Shown here piece after piece: positions 54,028 through 63,720 of a stretch of DNA of 64,000 bases; within the stretch, counting starts at the first letter, position 1; each line of letters starts with the position of its first letter. Under the pieces are notes generated by a model. That model worked only from the letters and a program-made list of their open reading frames with translations, ran no database searches and was not told where the DNA came from. The DNA comes from an uncultured Candidatus Saccharibacteria bacterium. Its GTDB lineage: Bacteria; Patescibacteriota; Minisyncoccia; Phycocordibacterales; UBA9973. The position numbers and the translations under genes are program-made. Location of the stretch: positions 7,199 to 71,198 of the forward strand of contig CAZCXF010000004.1 of the NCBI GenBank assembly GCA_964502615.1, in the 5' to 3' direction.

Positions 54028-55275
54028 TTATGCTTTAGTTATATCTCTAGGATAAAATATATTCATTGTCCAATCTACAATAATTTTTATTTTTTTAGAG
54101 TGTGAGAAGAACTTAAATAAGTAAACTGTTCTCCATAAAAACCATGCAAATGGGCCAGAAAATCTCATACCGTAAATATCTGCCACGGCTTTCCATTGAC
54201 CAACTGAAGCAAGTGTACCTTTTGATTTATATGAGAAGCTGAGGAGTTTTTTAGAGTGGATTAGTTTTTTAATATTATGACCTGTAAGTAGACCTTGTTT
54301 TACAGCTACCTGTGCAAGCATTGGTAAAGGTTTACCGTCAGGGCCAGCAAGGCTTGCAATATCACCTATAGCGAAAACATTTGGGTGATCTGGCATTTGT
54401 AATGAAGAATTAACCACAATACGACCCCAGTTATCCAGCGCAATTGGATGAATGAATTTTGGTGTGTTTGGTTTAACTCCAGCTGTCCAAATAACATGAT
54501 TAATAGGCAAAACTGAATCGTTTGTAAATATAATCTTGTCTTTTTGCACTTCTTTAACCCCAGTATTTAGCATTACCTTCACTCCAGATTCTCTTAGTGA
54601 GGAGAGAGCTTTCTTTCGCAAATCTTCATGAAATGGAGATAGGACATTTACATCTCGATTAATCAGATATAGAGATATATCTTCTGGGTCAATCAAATCA
54701 TGATAATAGCGATCGAAAGTATCTAAACATAATTCGGCCATCTCGGAAATTAACTCAACTCCTGTTGGTCCTCCTCCTACAACTGCAAACGAGAGTGCAT
54801 GGCGACGGTCTTTTTCATTTTTTATCTCCGAAGCTTTTTCAAATGTATCGATAAGAAGATTTTTTATTTTTATTGCATCACCTAAATCTTTTAGAACCAT
54901 ACAATATTTTTCAGCTCCAGGTGCATTGAAAAAATTAGTAGTAGCACCAAGTGCAATCACCAATACATCATAAGGTAATTCACCTATTGTAGTTTTTACT
55001 ATTTGATTATCGCAATCAATAGAAACAAGTTCTGCAATATGCAAGTGATCATTTGTTTTGTATATTATCTGTCGTATTGACTCAACCACTTGTTGATCAG
55101 ATAAGCTACCAGTGGCCACTTCATGTAGAAGCGGAGTAAAGAGAAAGTAGTTTGTTCTATTTACAATTGTTATGTCTATTTCATTTTTATCAAAATACTT
55201 ATAAAGGCCTTTATATGTATAAAGACCCCCAAATCCACCTCCTAAAATTACGATTCGTTTCTTGTGTTTAATCAT
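54028..55275 (-). CDS. Type II NADH dehydrogenase (NDH-2) / FAD-dependent pyridine nucleotide-disulfide oxidoreductase
   Basis: Two Rossmann GxGxxG motifs, 'RIVILGGGFGGLY' and 'VVGGGPTGVELISE'. 415 aa with a C-terminal membrane-association helix. Confidence 0.75.
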   Translation of the reverse strand: MIKHKKRIVILGGGFGGLYTYKGLYKYFDKNEIDITIVNRTNYFLFTPLLHEVATGSLSDQQVVESIRQIIYKTNDHLHIAELVSIDCDNQIVKTTIGELPYDVLVIALGATTNFFNAPGAEKYCMVLKDLGDAIKIKNLLIDTFEKASEIKNEKDRRHALSFAVVGGGPTGVELISEMAELCLDTFDRYYHDLIDPEDISLYLINRDVNVLSPFHEDLRKKALSSLRESGVKVMLNTGVKEVQKDKIIFTNDSVLPINHVIWTAGVKPNTPKFIHPIALDNWGRIVVNSSLQMPDHPNVFAIGDIASLAGPDGKPLPMLAQVAVKQGLLTGHNIKKLIHSKKLLSFSYKSKGTLASVGQWKAVADIYGMRFSGPFAWFLWRTVYLFKFFSHSKKIKIIVDWTMNIFYPRDITKA

Positions 55276-55345
55276 ACTCTAATAATCAATTCTATGATAA
55301 ATTGAGCTTAATAACAAATTGACTATCTAAAATAATATTGTCTTG

Positions 55346-55432
55346 CAGAGGGTAGGAGATTCGAACTCCTGAGACCCTTTCGAGCCTACTACCTTTCCAA
55401 GGTAGCGCACTAGACCGCTATGCGAACCCTCT
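55346..55432 (-). tRNA. tRNA-Ser (anticodon GGA), long variable arm, CCA not encoded
   Basis: Manual fold: acceptor AGAGGGT/ACCCTCT, anticodon stem CTACC/GGTAG with loop TTGGAAA, T-arm AGGAG-TTCGAAT-CTCCT, and an 18-nt variable arm. Confidence 0.75.
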
Positions 55433-55461
55433 AGCTTCTAGAAATACTACTAGAATTTAGC

Positions 55462-56307
55462 TTATGATACAACTTCAGTATTAGGGCTATCAGGCAAGTT
55501 AATATAAGCTATTAGTGAGAAAATTATTATTTTTACAATAAGGGGGTACCCAATTCCAAAAACTATTGATAGCAACTCAAGGAAGATTAATAGTGTTGCA
55601 ACATGGATACCTACTTGGTATGACTTTTTATAAGATAATTTTACTTTTTTAAATTTTGCTATTATCCAAACTATTAGAGCATAGATCAAGAGCATAAACA
55701 CAGTACCAATAAACACACCGACAAAAGATAGAGCAAAAACTCCTGGTGGTACTATAAAGTAGAAAATTGGTATAATCTCAAACAATTTAGACTCTTTCTC
55801 TAAAATTAACTTTTTAGTTATCTCTATGTCACCTATTTTTGAAATCGGCGTAACTTGCAAAGAATTCTTATCTTTTATAAGAACTAGGTCATTTTTTGTA
55901 ATTAATCCAACCGTCGAATATTTAAAGAATTCTTCCGTACTAAAAGGTTCTTTTGTATTTACAACCAATAGGTTTTCTATTTTATCTGATTTACTATCCT
56001 GCATATCCAGCCATTCTTGGGGTAGTTTCATTTTATATGGCTCAGGTTTATTAATAGAAGCATTACCACTTTTTAAAGTAATTATTAGATCCTCAGGATA
56101 ATTAGTAACAACTTTTGAAATATTGTCTTTAACAAACGAAACCATGCTAGGCATCTTAGCTATAAACACTAGTGTAGTAACTAAGGAAACCAGTAATATT
56201 AATTTGGCCAAATACCTAAGTGATGATTTAAAACTACGCTCTGATATTATTTTTTGGTAGTAAGCTTTATCTAATACGCTACTCTTTATCTCTTGAAATA
56301 TATTCAT
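55462..56307 (-). CDS. Hypothetical polytopic membrane protein
   Basis: 281 aa with several TM helices. No confident family assignment. Confidence 0.4.
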   Translation of the reverse strand: MNIFQEIKSSVLDKAYYQKIISERSFKSSLRYLAKLILLVSLVTTLVFIAKMPSMVSFVKDNISKVVTNYPEDLIITLKSGNASINKPEPYKMKLPQEWLDMQDSKSDKIENLLVVNTKEPFSTEEFFKYSTVGLITKNDLVLIKDKNSLQVTPISKIGDIEITKKLILEKESKLFEIIPIFYFIVPPGVFALSFVGVFIGTVFMLLIYALIVWIIAKFKKVKLSYKKSYQVGIHVATLLIFLELLSIVFGIGYPLIVKIIIFSLIAYINLPDSPNTEVVS

Positions 56308-56326
56308 AGTATTTTAAAAAAAATAA

Positions 56327-57223
56327 TTAACTCGACATCCCTCTTAAAATTTTAATTCTCTCTTCAACTGGAGGATGAGTTGAAAATAAGTTACCAATCT
56401 TTTTACCAAAAGTTCCACTTCCAAAAGGGTTTGCAATATATAGATGTGCAATAGCAGTTGACTGCCTCATCATAGGCCTCTGGTAGCTTCCAATTTTTTC
56501 GAGTGCAGAAGCTAAACCTTCGGGATATCTGGTAAGTAGCGCACCTGATGCATCAGCTAAATATTCCCTTTTTCGAGATATAGCAAGCTGTATAAGAGTA
56601 GCTAAAATTGGAGCAAGAATTGATAAAACTATACCGATTATCATAAGGAGGCCGCTTCCCTTATTATCATCATCTCTATGTCCTCCAAAAAATGTCATAC
56701 GCATAAGCATGTCAGAAACTATTGAAATAAACCCAACAAGCACAACTGCGACAGTTGAAACAAGCATATCGCGATTGCCAATATGAGAAAGCTCGTGAGC
56801 GATTACCCCTTCGAGTTCAGTCTTGTTCATCATAGAGAGCAATCCAGTCGTAGCAGCAACTACTGCATGATTCTTGTCTCTACCAGTTGCAAATGCATTC
56901 GGTGCCGGATCGTCAATCACATAAATTTTTGGCATTGGAAGACCTGCTGTAATGCACAGATTCTCAACTGATGTATATAAGTCAAAATATTGTTCACGAG
57001 TTGCTGGATGTGCACCTGCAATCCTAAGTGCAATTTTATCTGAATACCAGTAACCAACAATATTCATGACTACTGAAAAAATTACAAAGAAATATAAAAT
57101 ATTTGGGTTGCCATATATACGCGCAAAGACAAATCCAAGAGCTATGACAATTATTAAAAAACTACTCATGAGTAACCATGTCTTACCTACATTCTTTGAC
57201 TGTTGTGTGTATAGTGTAGCCAT
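56327..57223 (-). CDS. htpX: Zinc metalloprotease HtpX (peptidase M48)
   Basis: 'HELSHIGNRDM' HExxH in a 4-TM protein of HtpX size (298 aa). Confidence 0.85.
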   Translation of the reverse strand: MATLYTQQSKNVGKTWLLMSSFLIIVIALGFVFARIYGNPNILYFFVIFSVVMNIVGYWYSDKIALRIAGAHPATREQYFDLYTSVENLCITAGLPMPKIYVIDDPAPNAFATGRDKNHAVVAATTGLLSMMNKTELEGVIAHELSHIGNRDMLVSTVAVVLVGFISIVSDMLMRMTFFGGHRDDDNKGSGLLMIIGIVLSILAPILATLIQLAISRKREYLADASGALLTRYPEGLASALEKIGSYQRPMMRQSTAIAHLYIANPFGSGTFGKKIGNLFSTHPPVEERIKILRGMSS

Positions 57224-57226
57224 ATT

Positions 57227-57820
57227 TTATTTTATAACAATTGGTATAAGTATTTCTTTGGTTGGGGTACCTACTTTCTCTGGATGATCTCGAGGGTCAT
57301 CTGCAGTAATTACTATATAGGCCTTACCTTTTGGTAAATTAGTAAAATCTATCGATCCTTCGATAGAAACTGGTCCGGACGTCATCCAATCACTAGTTGC
57401 TTTCTTGGTCACATCATATTTAATATTTATATCTTTTTTATTAGCATCAACAACAGATAAACCAAAATTCCCTTCAAAAAAATAACCGCCCTTTAAAACT
57501 CCAGTAAATTTTGTAAGCCCAGAAACTTCTTGACCTGGCTTAATAGAGAAAGATACTAAATCGCCCTTATTCCCTTCAATTTCAAATTTACTTAATGGTT
57601 TACCATCATATCCTAAAATTTCATTTAATTTTGGATTTTTTATAGTTAAATCATCCCAGTACTCTGCATCCTTAGAAGTCATATTATCACTTGGAATTCC
57701 AAGATATTTTTCACGATCTTGATACATCCATCGAAGCGCAATTACCATTAATATTATTAATATTAATAAAAGTGCAGTGTTTAATTTTGACCCAAAAAAC
57801 CAAAATTTTTTATTATCCAT
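57227..57820 (-). CDS. Hypothetical N-terminally anchored extracytoplasmic protein
   Basis: TM 'LLLILIILMVIAL', then a soluble beta-rich domain. No homology recognised. Confidence 0.35.
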   Translation of the reverse strand: MDNKKFWFFGSKLNTALLLILIILMVIALRWMYQDREKYLGIPSDNMTSKDAEYWDDLTIKNPKLNEILGYDGKPLSKFEIEGNKGDLVSFSIKPGQEVSGLTKFTGVLKGGYFFEGNFGLSVVDANKKDINIKYDVTKKATSDWMTSGPVSIEGSIDFTNLPKGKAYIVITADDPRDHPEKVGTPTKEILIPIVIK

Positions 57821-57824
57821 AAAC

Positions 57825-58313
57825 TTATTTAAGGTTTGATTTATATTCGTCTATTTTATATTTATATTTTCCTCCTAAAGCTTTACCGAGTAAATCTAGT
57901 GTTGAATCTTTCAATTTACCCAACTTCCCACTAGTTAAATTACTTATAATATACTCAGTGTATGTACTATCAACCTTTAAGGCTTCTTCAACAATCTTAT
58001 CTTTATCTACAGGACCTCTTTTTTCTATTAAATTTAGACAGTCAAATAGTGTGTAAATATTTTTAGTTTCTAAACATGCTTCAATAAGATCTTGGGAAGA
58101 TAATTGACTGATCAATGGATTCTCTTGCATATTTCCTTTAATCTCTTCTTCTGTTGCAGTTGAAGCATTTGTTTTTAGATATGCTTCCATACGTCCAGGA
58201 TATGGAATATAAAAAAGAGATCCACTTGTGCTAGAACTCAGAATTTCTTTTGCTTTTTCTTTAGCTGTTTTCTCTTCTGGTTTTCCACCAGAAAACATTT
58301 TATTGTCAGTCAT
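57825..58313 (-). CDS. Hypothetical protein
   Basis: 162 aa and soluble. No homology recognised. Confidence 0.3.
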   Translation of the reverse strand: MTDNKMFSGGKPEEKTAKEKAKEILSSSTSGSLFYIPYPGRMEAYLKTNASTATEEEIKGNMQENPLISQLSSQDLIEACLETKNIYTLFDCLNLIEKRGPVDKDKIVEEALKVDSTYTEYIISNLTSGKLGKLKDSTLDLLGKALGGKYKYKIDEYKSNLK

Positions 58314-58319
58314 ATTATT

Positions 58320-58868
58320 TTAAAATTTAACTGCTACTGGTTCTTTTTGTTCACTTCCCTCTTCTAGCTGGAAGAAATCCATTTTTGTAAAATGAAACAT
58401 GCTCGCAATAACATTACCTGGGAACATTTGTATTCCAGCATTTAAGTCACGAACATTGCCATTGTAAAATCTTCGCGCTGCTTGAATTTTGTTTTCAGTA
58501 TCACTAAGTTCGCTTTGAAGTTGTAAAAAGTTGGTATTTGCTTTCAATTCTGGATATGCTTCTGAAATTGCAAAAAGGGATTTAAGAGTTCCTGATAGCA
58601 TATTCTCAGCTTCTCCTTTTTGAGCTGGTGTACCTGCGCTCATAGCCTTTGCGCGAGCTTCTGTAACTTTCTCAAAAGCAGTGCTTTCGTGGGTAGCATA
58701 ACCTTTTACAGTATTCACTAGGTTTGGAATAAGATCATATCGACGCTTTAGTTGGACATCAATATCAGCCCAAGCTTCTTGTGCACGAGTACGAAGATTG
58801 ATAAAACCGTTATATTTCATTATAAAATATAGGACTAAAACTACGAGTATTATTAGGGGTATCATCAT
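58320..58868 (-). CDS. LemA-family membrane protein
   Basis: N-terminal TM, then 'NGFINLRTRAQEAWADIDVQLKRRYDLIPNLVNTVKGYATHE', the LemA signature. Confidence 0.8.
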   Translation of the reverse strand: MMIPLIILVVLVLYFIMKYNGFINLRTRAQEAWADIDVQLKRRYDLIPNLVNTVKGYATHESTAFEKVTEARAKAMSAGTPAQKGEAENMLSGTLKSLFAISEAYPELKANTNFLQLQSELSDTENKIQAARRFYNGNVRDLNAGIQMFPGNVIASMFHFTKMDFFQLEEGSEQKEPVAVKF

Positions 58869-58911
58869 AAAATTTATGGGTTATTTGTTAATATTGTCCT
58901 CGTATTATATC

Positions 58912-58946
58912 AAAAAAGCCCTATTGTTACTACAATGGGCTTTTTT
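58912..58946. terminator. Rho-independent terminator (A6-GCCCTATTGT…ACAATGGGC-T6) after secF
   Basis: 9-bp stem with one bulge, flanked by an A-run and a T-run. Sits directly downstream of the secF stop. Confidence 0.55.
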
Positions 58947-58956
58947 GATATTGGAG

Positions 58957-59835
58957 TTACTTTTTCTTAGTAGTATTAAACATTACCAAGAGTGGAGATG
59001 CTAGGAATATTGATGAATATGTTCCAAAGAACATCCCTGCAGTAAGCATCATTGCAAATACCTTTGTTGAAGTTGGGCCAAAGAACACCAAACACAGAAG
59101 CACGATGATGACAGTAGAAGAGGTTGCAATAGAGCGAGTGTAAACTTGCTCAAGACTTTTACCCACTGTTTCTTCAAATGTTTTAAAGTGTCCAACACGA
59201 ATATTTTCACGAATACGATCAAATACAACTATGGTATCAGAAACTGAAAGCCCAAGTACTGTAAGTATTGCAACAACAAAGAGAGTATCAACTTCTGTTC
59301 CATAAAAATGTGATAGTGCTGCAAAAGCGCCTACTGGAATCATTATGTCATGTATAAGAGTTATGATTGCAATCATTCCATATTTCCAAGAAGAAACTGG
59401 TTTAGAAACTTTTCTGAAAGAAAATGCAATAAAGAAAATAATTCCTAGTGATACCAATATAAATGATAGTACTGATTTACGTACAAGCTCTGCTCCTACA
59501 GATGGACCAATTGAGGTAAAACTCTTTTCAGTCGCATCTTTTCCAAGAGAATTCAGTATTGCTCCTCGTTCATTTTCTGATACTGCTCTAGTCTTAATAC
59601 TGTAACCAGTTTCTCCTGTTGGTTGGATTATTATTTCACCTAAAGATAGGGTTTTTAGTTGTGTATCAACAACACTTTGTTCTGGACGAACACCTTTATA
59701 TTCTACTTCTGTAAGTGAACCCCCTTTGAAATCAATTCCTAATTTTAAACCGAAATACCCTATTGATCCTAAAGATAGTATAACTAGAATTATAGAGATA
59801 ATAACGAATATTTTTTTGTGTTTAATTATTGGCAT
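58957..59835 (-). CDS. secF: Protein translocase subunit SecF
   Basis: 6-TM SecD/F family, 292 aa, directly downstream of secD. Confidence 0.85.
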   Translation of the reverse strand: MPIIKHKKIFVIISIILVILSLGSIGYFGLKLGIDFKGGSLTEVEYKGVRPEQSVVDTQLKTLSLGEIIIQPTGETGYSIKTRAVSENERGAILNSLGKDATEKSFTSIGPSVGAELVRKSVLSFILVSLGIIFFIAFSFRKVSKPVSSWKYGMIAIITLIHDIMIPVGAFAALSHFYGTEVDTLFVVAILTVLGLSVSDTIVVFDRIRENIRVGHFKTFEETVGKSLEQVYTRSIATSSTVIIVLLCLVFFGPTSTKVFAMMLTAGMFFGTYSSIFLASPLLVMFNTTKKK

Positions 59836-59838
59836 ATA

Positions 59839-61227
59839 TTATTTTGACTGCACGCGAGCAGAACTTATCCCCGACCCAAATAAAAAGTTGGTAAATTTAC
59901 TTGTTTTTGTAATATTTAGAGTTTTAAGGAAAAGACGAGTAATAGATATTGCAGAAATCATAGAAACAATAACACCGATTAGAAATGTTAGAGCGAATCC
60001 TTGTATAAGTGGAGTTCCAAACCAAAATAGAATTATTGCAGTAATAATACTTGATGAATTTGAATCACGAATAGAAAGCCATGCACGTGTAAATCCATTT
60101 TTTGTTGAATCCATTATAGTACGGCCTCCTCTTAATTCTTCTTTTATACGTTCAAATATAAGGACATTTGCGTCAACGGCAATACCAATCGAAATGATAA
60201 ATCCGGCTATACCTGCAGCAGTGAGAGTAACTGGAATGAACTTAAATAGAGCAAGCATTAGTACTACATATATAGACAAAGCTATAACGGCAACCAATCC
60301 TGGTAGTCTGTACCAAATGATAAGGAATATTGCAATTGCAAGAAATCCTATTAATGCAGCTTTTACTCCAGCGGCTGTTGCTTGTGCTCCAAGAGTAGGA
60401 CCGATAGTTTGTGTTGAAATCAAATCAATAGGAACAGGAAGGGCGCCAGAATTTAAACGTCCAACTAAGGTCTTTGCCTCTTCTGGTTTAAAGTTCCCAG
60501 TGATTTGAGCCTTACCTCCAGTGATTGGCTCGTTAACAGTTGGAGTAGATATTGGTTGACCATCTAAGAATATTGCTACTGGTTTACCAACATTAGCTCT
60601 AGTAATTTTTTCAAAAAGTTTTGATCCTTCGTCGTTGAACTGAAGTGATACTTGTGGTTGACCTGTTGTCTGATCAAACTCAAGAATTGCTTTTTGTAAA
60701 TAGCGTCCAGTTAGTTCAGTAGATACATAAGGATCTGGAATCTTAAGCGGAGAAGCATTTCCATCTTTATCGATAGTTATTTCTTGTGGGGCATTTGGGT
60801 TTGGATTTACAGTTTTAAATTCTAGAAGTGGAGTCTGGCCAATCATAGCAACTGCTTTTGAAACATCTGTAACTCCAGGTAGGTCAACAATTAACCTCTC
60901 TTCACCTGCATTTGAGAATCCCCCATCTTGCACAGCGACAACTGGCTCTGAAACACCAAAGATATTTATACGGCGTTCAATAACATCGCGAAGTGCGCTC
61001 ATTGAGTCTTTGACTTCGGTTGCTGAAACTTTTGAAACATCTGCATGGTAAACCAAGTGAGTACCACCGGATAAGTCCAAGCCTAGTTTGAATGGATATT
61101 TAGCAAAACCAGTGGCTTCTTTGCCTGGTTCAAGCTTTCTATGAGCAAGTTCTGATTTATATACAAAAAAACCGACCCCTACACCTAGGAGTAATATAAG
61201 CAATGCTGTAATTCTTGTTTTCCACAT
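59839..61227 (-). CDS. secD: Protein translocase subunit SecD
   Basis: N-terminal TM, a large periplasmic domain, then 5 TM. 462 aa. Conserved secDF order. Confidence 0.85.
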   Translation of the reverse strand: MWKTRITALLILLLGVGVGFFVYKSELAHRKLEPGKEATGFAKYPFKLGLDLSGGTHLVYHADVSKVSATEVKDSMSALRDVIERRINIFGVSEPVVAVQDGGFSNAGEERLIVDLPGVTDVSKAVAMIGQTPLLEFKTVNPNPNAPQEITIDKDGNASPLKIPDPYVSTELTGRYLQKAILEFDQTTGQPQVSLQFNDEGSKLFEKITRANVGKPVAIFLDGQPISTPTVNEPITGGKAQITGNFKPEEAKTLVGRLNSGALPVPIDLISTQTIGPTLGAQATAAGVKAALIGFLAIAIFLIIWYRLPGLVAVIALSIYVVLMLALFKFIPVTLTAAGIAGFIISIGIAVDANVLIFERIKEELRGGRTIMDSTKNGFTRAWLSIRDSNSSSIITAIILFWFGTPLIQGFALTFLIGVIVSMISAISITRLFLKTLNITKTSKFTNFLFGSGISSARVQSK

Positions 61228-61239
61228 AATAGGGTTATT

Positions 61240-61761
61240 CTATCGGGTTTTAAGGAAATATGCAACCAAGAAGCCCAAGGCATATCCGCCAATAATATCA
61301 AGGGGGAAATGCACTCCAGAGACCACCCTAGATAGCCCTATTAACACCATTGCCAAGAAACAAATATATCCTAATCTCTTATTTTTAAAGAAAACTGCAA
61401 AAGCAAAGGCAGCAATAGTTGCAGAGTGCCCTGACGGAAAAGCATACCCACTTTCTGGAATAAGCGTATGCACATTACTCATAGCGACAAAAGGGCGATC
61501 TGATTGTATTAATAATTTCAATAAATTAGCCAATATATAACCTGAAACTGTGGTAACAGCTATAACAATAACCATTCTAGATTTTCGATATATTGATTTT
61601 AAGTTAAAATCATCAAAAATATGGCTTTGCAATAATAAAATAGCTGTTACCACAACAATAAATATATAAATAAAAGGCTCAGCAAAAAATATAACCAGAG
61701 AATCAAACCAATTAGATTGGAAAGCAAAGCTATGTAGAAATATAAAAATGGAACTATTCAT
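61240..61761 (-). CDS. PAP2-family phosphatase (undecaprenyl-diphosphate phosphatase-like)
   Basis: 'KLLIQSDRPF', 'PSGHSATIAAFAF', 'SRVVSGVHFPLDII' PAP2 motifs. Confidence 0.8.
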   Translation of the reverse strand: MNSSIFIFLHSFAFQSNWFDSLVIFFAEPFIYIFIVVVTAILLLQSHIFDDFNLKSIYRKSRMVIVIAVTTVSGYILANLLKLLIQSDRPFVAMSNVHTLIPESGYAFPSGHSATIAAFAFAVFFKNKRLGYICFLAMVLIGLSRVVSGVHFPLDIIGGYALGFLVAYFLKTR

Positions 61762-62593
61762 AAATATTTTTTGAGCTAGCTAATACATTTGATAGTAACA
61801 TGGCCACTGTTACAGGACCTACTCCACCCGGAGTAGATGTAACAAATGAAGCAATCCCAGAAACTGAATCCATGTCTAAATCTCCTACAACTCCCCCGTC
61901 TTCCTCTGATGTACCAGCATCAATAATAGTAGCACCATTTTTTATTTTATCTCCTGTTATAAACTTTGCTTGCCCAATCGCAGAAATAATAATATCGGCA
62001 TTTTTTAAAATTTCATCTTTATTCTCTGTATTTTTGGTTATAGTATCAATATCAAGTCCGCGAGCTTGAAGTAAATGAGCCACTGGTCGTCCTACTAAAT
62101 TACCTTGACCAAGTATAGCTATTTTTTTATTTTTTAAATCTGGATGTATAGATTCGAGAATTTTAATACAGGCAAGTGCTGTGGGATATTTTATAAACCC
62201 AGTGTTTTGATAAAACGCACTACTTGCATCTTTACCAAGACAATCCACATCAAGACTTGGTTTTACAGCATCCAAAACTCGATTTTTATCAATATGACTT
62301 GGTAATGGTAACTGAACAATTATTCCACACATATGGGGAACATTGTTTAAATCATTTATCTTTTCGATTAATTCTTCCGTTGTTATAGATTCGTTGAAAT
62401 TAGCAGCTTTGAATTTTATCCCTACTGATTCTGCTGTGCGAGCCTTTATACGAACATAGCTTGCCGAAACCAAATCATCCCCTACTAAAATATCGCAAAA
62501 TATTGGAGAGAACGGCAACAACAAAACCTCCTCTTTTATTTTAGACAAGATATCTTCCTTTATTTTTTGACAGTCAATTATTTGTGTTTGCAT
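61754..62593 (-). CDS. folD: Bifunctional methylenetetrahydrofolate dehydrogenase/cyclohydrolase
   Basis: 'ILGQGNLVGRPVAHLL' and 'TPGGVGPVTVAMLLSN' FolD signatures. 279 aa. Confidence 0.85.
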   Translation of the reverse strand: MQTQIIDCQKIKEDILSKIKEEVLLLPFSPIFCDILVGDDLVSASYVRIKARTAESVGIKFKAANFNESITTEELIEKINDLNNVPHMCGIIVQLPLPSHIDKNRVLDAVKPSLDVDCLGKDASSAFYQNTGFIKYPTALACIKILESIHPDLKNKKIAILGQGNLVGRPVAHLLQARGLDIDTITKNTENKDEILKNADIIISAIGQAKFITGDKIKNGATIIDAGTSEEDGGVVGDLDMDSVSGIASFVTSTPGGVGPVTVAMLLSNVLASSKNIYE

Positions 62594-62595
62594 TT

Positions 62596-63714
62596 TTATA
62601 TTCCGAGAAATTCATTTCTCATATCATCTCTATGAGCTACGCGTCGATAGCGATTCATGCCCATAAGTATACCGAGTCCAATAAATTCTGTAAGTATGTG
62701 AGAGCCACCATAACTCATGAAAGGTAAAGTAATACCTGTAACTGGCATTATACCTATATTCATACCTATATTAATAATAAAATGACTCATAAAATAAATA
62801 GCAAGCCCTACACCGAAAAGTATCTCAAAATTAGTTGTACCAAGTAAAGCTATATGAAGTATGCGCCAAATTATAAGACCTAGTAACAATAATAGTATGA
62901 TAGAACCTACAAATCCCCACTCCTCTGAAAATGCTGCAAATATAAAGTCGTTTTGGTATTCTGGTAAAAATTTTAAGCGAGATTGTGTTCCAAAACCAAC
63001 CCCCTTCCCAAGAGTCTGTCCACTACCCACAGCAATGGTTGATTGATAAACATTGTATCCAGAACCGTGAACGTTAGAGAGTGGTTGAACAAAGTTATGT
63101 ATTCTTGCCTTTTGATATGGTTTGAGAAAAAATGCCCACATTATCACAAATATTATAGCCCCTATTCCTAGAACAAAAAGAAGATGTTTTCTTGATATGC
63201 CCGAAACTAGAATCATACCTAGCCAAATAAAAAATATAATCACTGCTCCTCCGAAGTCTGGTTGAAGTAAAATTAACAAGAAAGGTATAGCAGCATAAAT
63301 CCCTGAAATAAAAATATGCTTAAAATTATCTATCTCTATATGCCTGCGTGAGAAGTATTTTGCAAGCATTAAGATGACTACGAGTTTCATCATATCGGAA
63401 GGTTGGAAAGAAAAAAATCCAAACGAGAACCAGCTCTTTGCTCCATTTGAAATATGACCTCCAATAAAAAGAAAGAGTAGTAGTAGAGAAAACACAGAAA
63501 ATATAGTAACCAAAACCTCTGTTCTTTTTAAAAATCTAAAATCAAGATATGAGAGTATGAAGAATACCAAAAAAGAAATACTAATCCATATTATTTGATG
63601 TGAAAAGTATGGAGTCTCTTCGGTAAAAGATTTCATTGTTACAAGTCCAGCACCAAGTACAGGTAATAGAAAAACAAAGAGAAGCCAGTCAATCTGTGGT
63701 AAGCGTAATTTCAT
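62596..63714 (-). CDS. SEDS-family peptidoglycan polymerase (FtsW/RodA)
   Basis: 10-TM. 'VGSGQTLGKGVGFGTQSRLKFLPEYQNDFIFAAFSEEWGFVGS' SEDS signature. Confidence 0.85.
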   Translation of the reverse strand: MKLRLPQIDWLLFVFLLPVLGAGLVTMKSFTEETPYFSHQIIWISISFLVFFILSYLDFRFLKRTEVLVTIFSVFSLLLLFLFIGGHISNGAKSWFSFGFFSFQPSDMMKLVVILMLAKYFSRRHIEIDNFKHIFISGIYAAIPFLLILLQPDFGGAVIIFFIWLGMILVSGISRKHLLFVLGIGAIIFVIMWAFFLKPYQKARIHNFVQPLSNVHGSGYNVYQSTIAVGSGQTLGKGVGFGTQSRLKFLPEYQNDFIFAAFSEEWGFVGSIILLLLLGLIIWRILHIALLGTTNFEILFGVGLAIYFMSHFIINIGMNIGIMPVTGITLPFMSYGGSHILTEFIGLGILMGMNRYRRVAHRDDMRNEFLGI

Positions 63715-63720
63715 AAAGTT

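Noticed and set aside
59726-60508. 260-aa plus-strand ORF spanning the secF/secD junction
   Set aside because: It is antisense to the well-conserved SecD and SecF coding sequences and has no recognisable motifs, so it is a spurious long ORF.
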